Shown: positions 57,879-64,000 of the stretch, piece by piece
Layout of the letters: every line of letters starts with the position of its first letter
Numbering within the stretch: position 1 is the first letter of the stretch
Assembly (NCBI GenBank): GCA_903928565.1
Contig: CAIYRH010000018.1
Coordinates: 10,693 to 74,692, forward strand
DNA length: 64,000 nucleotides
Source of the DNA: Candidatus Staskawiczbacteria bacterium
GTDB lineage: Bacteria; Patescibacteriota; Minisyncoccia; Minisyncoccales; Staskawiczbacteraceae
Direction: 5' to 3'
Program-made: the position numbers and the translations under genes
Notes under the pieces: generated by a model
The model's database searches: none
The model's input: only the letters and a program-made list of their open reading frames with translations
What the model was told of the DNA's origin: nothing

Positions 57879-59534
57879 CTAGGCGACCTCGTTCTGGTAA
57901 CAGGTCTCGCAATAAACTATTTCCGGGCGGTCTGGGGCGTAGGAAGTTTCAAATTCGTTTTGACAACCTGCCTTCATGCATTTTCTGTGCCAAAGTTTAA
58001 AAGGCAGTCTCATTTCTCGGCGGGCACCTAGACGGCATTGAGGACACTCGCGTGGTAACGGCAATGAAAATCGTTTAAGATATTTTAATTCTTCTATAAC
58101 AATTTTATAGTTTCGTTTACAATATATGCATGAAAAGACTTCTTTAATAAAATCATCGTCGACATCTTTAATATTATCTGGAATATTTTCTGTTAAAACT
58201 GTCTCCTGGCTTGTGATTAAAGGCACATCCTCTTGCCAATGATAACCTTGTCTTAATGCTTCCTCTTTTGTAAGTGGATAATAATCGTTTGCGGCAGTCT
58301 CGTTATAACCAAAAGTGCTAAAATCTTTATCCATAAATAAAGCAAGCTCTTTTTTTTCTTCAATTTGTTTTTTTATGGTTTCATATTCGGCTTTTGAATA
58401 TTGTTTATTTAAAATACAATATTCTTTTCGCTTTAATCCAATGCAAGCAATGCAATTATTACATGAAATTAGGCTATCACACCAATCACAGAAGCTGGAA
58501 TTAAAAATATTGAAAGAATTTTTTATCATAGAACCTCCCTTAATCACTGCCGAACTGAAAATATTTTCCGTTGGTTGGGTGCCTACTGCATAGCTCCATT
58601 GAGCACTATTTGAATGGAGAATGCTGGCAACATTGCGCACATCTTGATTATCCGCACCATCAAAACACCAAAAATTTCTATCACAATTTTCGAGATAATT
58701 GCCAACACAGCCGTTAGATTTTAAGAAAAAAGCAAAGCGGTGGATAGCAACCTTCTTCAGCTCTTTATATTCGGAAAGCGAATTAAGATGAGTAACATAA
58801 CTGCCATTAAGAATTTTTTTACATTCTTTGAGATACTCTTCGCGCCCAACTTCTTTATTTCTAACGCAATAAGATTTATTCCGCAAATTATAACAAAAAA
58901 GACAGTTACTACAACCACGCAAGTCATAGCTAAAATAGCAATCTGAACAATCAGAAGAATCTTGAATATACGCAGAGTGATAAGACTTTATCACGTCTAC
59001 TGAATTGAGAATTAATTCGCTATCGGTTATTTTATGACAATCCATGCAATCTTTGTTGCCAACCATCCACATCGAATATAGGATATTCTCTGAATTCGAA
59101 ATTAAAAAAGAAAAATAGCAATTTTTAGAATCACGCACGTTGCTACCGTAAGTACAATTTGTAGAATTTAAAATAATGACAGCCTCCCGAGGAACTCTTT
59201 TTTGTAATTCAATAACCTGGTCAACAATTGAGCGACCAGAATCATAATTATTTCCATAAGATAGTCCATCCCATTGATCACTCCACCAACAGTCGTGACA
59301 AAAAATCGTATACGGTGATTTAGAATGATAAAGTGACATTGTTTTCTGTCCACAATGAGCACATTTACCCCAATATACCACTTTTTCGTTACGTAATACT
59401 TCTATTTGTGCCATGCCGCACTCATAACAGAATTCTAAAGGATTCACTTTCATTTTTTCATAAAACTCAAAATCATCGGGCTCAATTATGAAGTCCTTCT
59501 TGCAATTTTGACAAACTTTTGTTTGACTATCCAT
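57879..59534 (-). CDS. Cys-rich double-zinc-ribbon protein, array member 4 (551 aa)
   Basis: Same architecture; ends PDRPEIVYCETCYQNEVA. Confidence 0.7.
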   Translation of the reverse strand: MDSQTKVCQNCKKDFIIEPDDFEFYEKMKVNPLEFCYECGMAQIEVLRNEKVVYWGKCAHCGQKTMSLYHSKSPYTIFCHDCWWSDQWDGLSYGNNYDSGRSIVDQVIELQKRVPREAVIILNSTNCTYGSNVRDSKNCYFSFLISNSENILYSMWMVGNKDCMDCHKITDSELILNSVDVIKSYHSAYIQDSSDCSDCYFSYDLRGCSNCLFCYNLRNKSYCVRNKEVGREEYLKECKKILNGSYVTHLNSLSEYKELKKVAIHRFAFFLKSNGCVGNYLENCDRNFWCFDGADNQDVRNVASILHSNSAQWSYAVGTQPTENIFSSAVIKGGSMIKNSFNIFNSSFCDWCDSLISCNNCIACIGLKRKEYCILNKQYSKAEYETIKKQIEEKKELALFMDKDFSTFGYNETAANDYYPLTKEEALRQGYHWQEDVPLITSQETVLTENIPDNIKDVDDDFIKEVFSCIYCKRNYKIVIEELKYLKRFSLPLPRECPQCRLGARREMRLPFKLWHRKCMKAGCQNEFETSYAPDRPEIVYCETCYQNEVA

Positions 59535-59616
59535 AATTTTATTTTAGTATGTTTTTTCACGTGGCGTGAAAAAATACACTACTGTCACGTGTAATATCAC
59601 GTGTACTTTCAGGGGG

Positions 59617-59790
59617 TTATTTTTTCCAATCTATGACGCTGATTGTTCGCCCTTTTAAGGCAACAACCACCTTTTGGTGCTCTTTCCAGCCAAGTTTTTG
59701 CACAATTTCAATTGGAAGAGTAATGCCTAGGGTTTTTCCCTTGCCTGTTTTAGTTAATTTCCTAATATTTTTTTCACTTAGATTTCTCAT
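59617..59790 (-). CDS. AbrB/MazE/SpoVT-type swapped-hairpin DNA-binding protein (57 aa), missing from the ORF track
   Basis: MRNLSEKNIRKLTKTGKGKTLGITLPIEIVQKLGWKEHQKVVVALKGRTISVIDWKK; variant palindrome directly upstream. Confidence 0.5.
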   Translation of the reverse strand: MRNLSEKNIRKLTKTGKGKTLGITLPIEIVQKLGWKEHQKVVVALKGRTISVIDWKK

Positions 59791-59802
59791 GTTAAGTGTA
59801 CT

Positions 59803-59828
59803 GTCAAGTTAACCACGGTTAACCTGAC
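59803..59828. promoter_or_regulatory. Variant palindrome GTCAAGTTAACCACGGTTAACCTGAC upstream of AbrB-like gene
   Basis: Inverted arms GTTAACC/GGTTAAC; preceded by the actgtca context seen at other copies. Confidence 0.45.
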
Positions 59829-59842
59829 AATTAATTATTTTT

Positions 59843-59916
59843 TGGAGCCGCTTGCAAGAATCGAACTTGCGTCCACGCTTTACGAAAGCGTTGCTTTGCC
59901 ACTAAGCTAAAGCGGC
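59843..59916 (-). tRNA. tRNA-Thr (anticodon CGT), CCA encoded
   Basis: Manual fold: acceptor GCCGCTT/AAGCGGC, D-stem GCTT/AAGC, anticodon loop TTCGTAA, T-loop TTCGATT. Confidence 0.7.
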
Positions 59917-59994
59917 TGGAGCGAAAGACGGGAATCGCCCGGTGATAAACACCGGGCGCCCAGTGTTAATCACTGGGCGAACTACTGTTTCGCA
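59917..59994 (-). ncRNA. tRNA-like element of uncertain nature: acceptor-like ends GCGAAAC...CTTTCGCTCCA, but the core forms two consecutive 9-bp hairpins instead of D and anticodon arms
   Basis: Minus-strand CGCCCAGTG-ATTAA-CACTGGGCG and CCCGGTG-TTTAT-CACCGGG; 3' part resembles a T-arm/acceptor; could not be folded as a canonical tRNA by hand. Confidence 0.25.
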
Positions 59995-60065
59995 AGCGAG
60001 TAACGGGAATCGGACCCGTATCTTATCCTTGGGAAGGATACGTTCTACCACTGAACCATACTCGC
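59995..60065 (-). tRNA. tRNA-Gly (anticodon CCC)
   Basis: Manual fold: acceptor GCGAGTA/TACTCGC, D-arm GTTC-AGTGGTA-GAAC, anticodon loop TTCCCAA, T-loop TCCGATT. Confidence 0.7.
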
Positions 60066-60082
60066 GATATAAATATATTACC

Positions 60083-60496
60083 TTAATTTTTACTTTTAGA
60101 CCAGTTAAAAATTCCGGAAACCCAAGACGTAAAAGCCTCCCAGGCATTTTTTGGAGCCACTGGCGCGGGCGTTTTGGCAGGAGCTTTTACAAACATGTAT
60201 TCGGTTTCACCGGGCTTGGCTTGGCCAAATTGTTCGTAGCCAAGCTTTTCTAAGTAATCGGTTTCGCCGGCATTGGTAATTTGATTTTTCAATTTTTGAC
60301 TGTCGGTTTTTATTTCCTCTATTTGCTTTTTGTAAGTGTTAATTTGAGCAAGTAATTCTTGTTTTTTTCTGTAAATTTTAATATCTTGGACAATCATAAA
60401 CAAAACAAAGAAAATTAAAAAAACACCGCCAATTTTTAATAAAAGTTGCTGTTTGAAAGCTTCCCTATTCCCTTTTTTGTTAAAATCAGATACCAT
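60083..60496 (-). CDS. Septum-formation initiator (FtsB/DivIC-like) coiled-coil membrane protein
   Basis: N-terminal TM then Q/K/E-rich coiled coil. Confidence 0.5.
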   Translation of the reverse strand: MVSDFNKKGNREAFKQQLLLKIGGVFLIFFVLFMIVQDIKIYRKKQELLAQINTYKKQIEEIKTDSQKLKNQITNAGETDYLEKLGYEQFGQAKPGETEYMFVKAPAKTPAPVAPKNAWEAFTSWVSGIFNWSKSKN

Positions 60497-60634
60497 TAGA
60501 ATAATATATTAAAAAAATTTATGAAAAGAAAAACAATATTTAAGATTACTTGGACAATTTTGATAAGCTTGGTGGCAATTGGTACAGTTTTGTTTTTGAT
60601 TGCACCAATTCTTTAGTGATTATATCATAAAAAA

Positions 60635-60660
60635 ACCCGCTTTTAAAAGCGGGTTTTTTG
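60635..60660. terminator. Rho-independent terminator AAAAAACCCGCTTTTAAAAGCGGGTTTTTTG (bidirectional shape)
   Basis: Read directly. Confidence 0.6.
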
Positions 60661-60669
60661 TTTGATGTT

Positions 60670-61212
60670 TTAACCAAGTCCTATATTGTTGGCGGCAACT
60701 TCGTAAGTGCTTAATATTTTTTGAGCCTCTGCTGAAGGTATTTTATAATTAGGGTTATATACAATTGCATTTCTAACTTCGTGAGCGTGCAAAACTTCAC
60801 TTAAAAGTGGCTCTACTATTCTGCCTGCTTTTTGAATGCTTTCTTCAAAAGTGTCGCCCTCGTAGCCCCTGTTATCTAAAATTTCTGCCAAAAAATCGTC
60901 TGCGTCAATTATTGCTAATTTGTAGTCTGATTCTGCGCCAGATTCAATTCTTTTTCTAATTTTGTTCCACTGTTTTTGCATTTCGCGTTGACCATAGGCC
61001 TGCCAAGAAAAAAATTCTGTGACATCTTCTAAAAATTTGAATTGAAGCCACGAAGAATTCAACATAAAATAAATTACAAATATTAGAAAGAATGCCGAGA
61101 ATATAACAAAAATTAGCTTTACAGGAAAAAGCATATCTTGCAATTGCGAAGACGAAATAAAATAAATAAAATCTTTAATGTGTAGAAAATCGTAAAAATT
61201 ATCCCAGGTCAT
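60670..61212 (-). CDS. Hypothetical membrane protein
   Basis: 180 aa, hydrophobic N-terminal half. Confidence 0.45.
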   Translation of the reverse strand: MTWDNFYDFLHIKDFIYFISSSQLQDMLFPVKLIFVIFSAFFLIFVIYFMLNSSWLQFKFLEDVTEFFSWQAYGQREMQKQWNKIRKRIESGAESDYKLAIIDADDFLAEILDNRGYEGDTFEESIQKAGRIVEPLLSEVLHAHEVRNAIVYNPNYKIPSAEAQKILSTYEVAANNIGLG

Positions 61213-61324
61213 TATATTATTGTAATATCATGCAGAAAAAAAAGCAAACCCTCCTTCGCCAAGGCTTCGGCGAGGCCAGGTAAAAAAAGAGCGACCGTGG
61301 TCGCTTAACTTGAAAAGAGGAAAA

Positions 61325-61543
61325 TTAAATTGCAAGATGGTTTAGCAAAAGGCGCAAAAGTTCACACGAATCTTCGTTGCGGTCAAACACAAACACAAAC
61401 TCGCCCCGCTCTTGCGCAAAGCTAAGTGCCCAATCAACGATGTTGGCATAAATGAACGCCAGTGCGCAGTGCGGTTTATTTCTAAGTGTTAAAACCAACA
61501 GTGGCTTATGAGATATAAGCCAATGAACAAATTCCTGTCTCAT
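61325..61543 (-). CDS. Hypothetical small protein (72 aa from MRQEFVHW), tandem paralog of 61561-61836; GC-rich
   Basis: AAGAAGGGAAACG RBS; DWALSFAQERGEFVFVF versus EWAMRFAQATGTGLLLY; terminator hairpin 61288-61312. Confidence 0.4.
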   Translation of the reverse strand: MRQEFVHWLISHKPLLVLTLRNKPHCALAFIYANIVDWALSFAQERGEFVFVFDRNEDSCELLRLLLNHLAI

Positions 61544-61560
61544 TTTGTTCGTTTCCCTTC

Positions 61561-61836
61561 TTATTGAAATTGCGCTGGGTCGATGCCCTTTAGAATTTTC
61601 GCGTAACGTTTTTGGCAAAAGTGTAAGAGATCTTCATGAATGCGATGTCCAGGATAAAGTAACAACCCCGTTCCTGTTGCCTGCGCAAAACGCATTGCCC
61701 ACTCATAAAGCAAGCTTGAAAAATGTATTAGTATCTCGTCTGGGGACAACTTCATTGCCAACAAAAATTCGCCAATTGCTTCTTCCCCGCGACTTTCAAG
61801 ATCCTGTACGAACCATTTCATAAAATGAATATTCAT
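61561..61836 (-). CDS. Hypothetical small protein (91 aa), paralog of the preceding gene
   Basis: Promoter-like TTGACA...TATAAT at 61893-61921. Confidence 0.4.
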   Translation of the reverse strand: MNIHFMKWFVQDLESRGEEAIGEFLLAMKLSPDEILIHFSSLLYEWAMRFAQATGTGLLLYPGHRIHEDLLHFCQKRYAKILKGIDPAQFQ

Positions 61837-61924
61837 TTCAATTTTCCCTTCAGTTTAGGTTTTCAAAGGCCAGTTGCATAATACAACATTATAATTTTTA
61901 TTGGCAAATGTCAATTTAAAGTAA

Positions 61925-61948
61925 CAAAAAACCACTTATTTAAAGTGG
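61925..61948 (-). terminator. Rho-independent terminator ending the ATP synthase operon
   Basis: ACCACTTTAAATAAGTGGT + TTTTT on minus strand. Confidence 0.6.
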
Positions 61949-61959
61949 TCTTAAGATAT

Positions 61960-62201
61960 TTATTGTTCAACAATGCACCTGACTTCGTTGTCTGGTTTTA
62001 CCTCTAAAAATCCGGAATTTATTGGGAAAAACTGTTCTTTTTTGTCTTTATCGATAAGTTTAATTACGCCGGCAGACAAAACGCTAATTAGCGCCTCGTG
62101 GTGGTCTAAAACAGTTATTTCGCCCATAATTGTTTGACAATTAAAACTGGAGGCTTCGCCCTGAAATAAAATATTTTTTAAGCTGTAGATTGAAAGTTTC
62201 A

Positions 62202-62202
<1 letters not shown>
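61960..62202 (-). CDS. atpC: F0F1 ATP synthase epsilon subunit (short form)
   Basis: 80 aa beta-sandwich-length protein immediately after atpD, with start/stop overlap. Confidence 0.65.
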
Positions 62203-63584
<1,382 letters not shown>

Positions 63585-63650
63585 TTATTTTTAAATTAAA
63601 GTTATAAGCGAGGCAATAAATTTTTTATTTAAAAGTTTGCTACCGAGCGA

Positions 63651-64000
63651 TTATGAAAGCGCTTCGGCTCCGGCGGAAATTTCTGAAATTTCTGTGGTAA
63701 TTTTGCTTTGTCGTGACTTATTATATTGTAAATTTAAGGCGTTACCTAATTCATTTGCGTTGTCTGACGCGGTTTTCATGGCCATTCGGCGTGCTGAATG
63801 TTCACTGGCGTTGGCCTCTAAAATTAAGTGGTAAACCTGTATAAAAAATAAATGTTTTGCCAATTTGTTTAAAACTTCTTGTGGCGAAGGTTCAATTAAA
63901 TAATCTGTGGTGCTGGCTTTGTTTGGCACAAAGTTTATATTGTGCTCTTTTATTAAATCGGCGAACTTTCCGCGTTCGGGAATTATTTCTTTTACGGTGT
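63651..64000 (-). CDS. atpG: F0F1 ATP synthase gamma subunit, 3' part (gene continues beyond window end)
   Basis: C-terminal helix ...RQSKITTEISEISAGAEAL typical of gamma. Confidence 0.75.
   Translation of the reverse strand, partial: TVKEIIPERGKFADLIKEHNINFVPNKASTTDYLIEPSPQEVLNKLAKHLFFIQVYHLILEANASEHSARRMAMKTASDNANELGNALNLQYNKSRQSKITTEISEISAGAEALS

Noticed and set aside
40185-59828. Possibility that the recurring 24-bp palindrome is a CRISPR repeat
   Set aside because: Copies are 0.5-2 kb apart with irregular spacing; each sits in a promoter region directly upstream of a -35 box; there are no uniform-length spacers and no cas genes in the window
59917-59994. Calling the element a suppressor tRNA (a 5-bp stem CCGGT/ACCGG with loop GTTTATC would give anticodon TTA)
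   Set aside because: The remainder cannot form D- or T-arms of a canonical cloverleaf by hand, and position 37 would be a pyrimidine; left as an uncertain tRNA-like element

Overview
The window is low-GC (about 35%) and compact, with almost every gene on the minus strand. It looks like a small-genome, possibly CPR/Patescibacteria-like bacterium, though lineage cannot be proven from the sequence alone.

Recognisable housekeeping blocks:
- a copper-homeostasis cluster (CsoR, HMA/CcdA-like membrane protein, DUF1858-like, CopA, thioredoxin-like);
- an isc-like Fe-S operon (Rrf2, NifS, NifU, MnmA);
- superoxide dismutase next to a Fur-family regulator and a split transketolase;
- class Ia ribonucleotide reductase nrdAB, and tgt;
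- ftsEX and prfB, with the canonical +1 frameshift site CTT TGA visible;
- tRNA-Gln, tRNA-Thr and tRNA-Gly, then the atpG-atpD-atpC end of the ATP synthase operon.

The first 32 kb is dominated by large surface proteins. They include a 2293-aa giant with at least ten tandem repeats of about 246 bp, and a 1226-aa protein with FN3, SGNH-hydrolase and PG-binding domains.

The most unusual content is at 51.4-59.8 kb: a tandem minus-strand array of four paralogous cysteine-rich proteins of about 550 aa, one of them interrupted by an in-frame TAA. Each protein is internally duplicated and has double zinc-ribbon termini; I do not recognise the family. Each copy carries a conserved 5' region with three classes of palindromes: a perfect 20-24 bp TCAGGTTATCACGTGATAACCTGA box, tandem ACACGTGACAGT boxes, and a stem-loop abutting the start codon. 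The same 24-bp palindrome recurs upstream of tgt, of an excisionase-type HTH gene and of a GNAT gene around 40.2-40.9 kb, and before two high-GC cargo genes, which suggests one regulon. An AbrB/MazE-like small gene heads the array next to the tRNA genes.

Other notable items:
- a duplicated prfB 5' end fused to a relic 3' end of the Cys-rich family;
- several high-GC single-gene islands;
- heptamer repeat elements (AGTTTGT)n/(TTCGAAT)n inserted in-frame in copA, mnmA and a surface-protein gene;
- a stand-alone NrdD-C-terminus-like glycyl-radical-motif protein.
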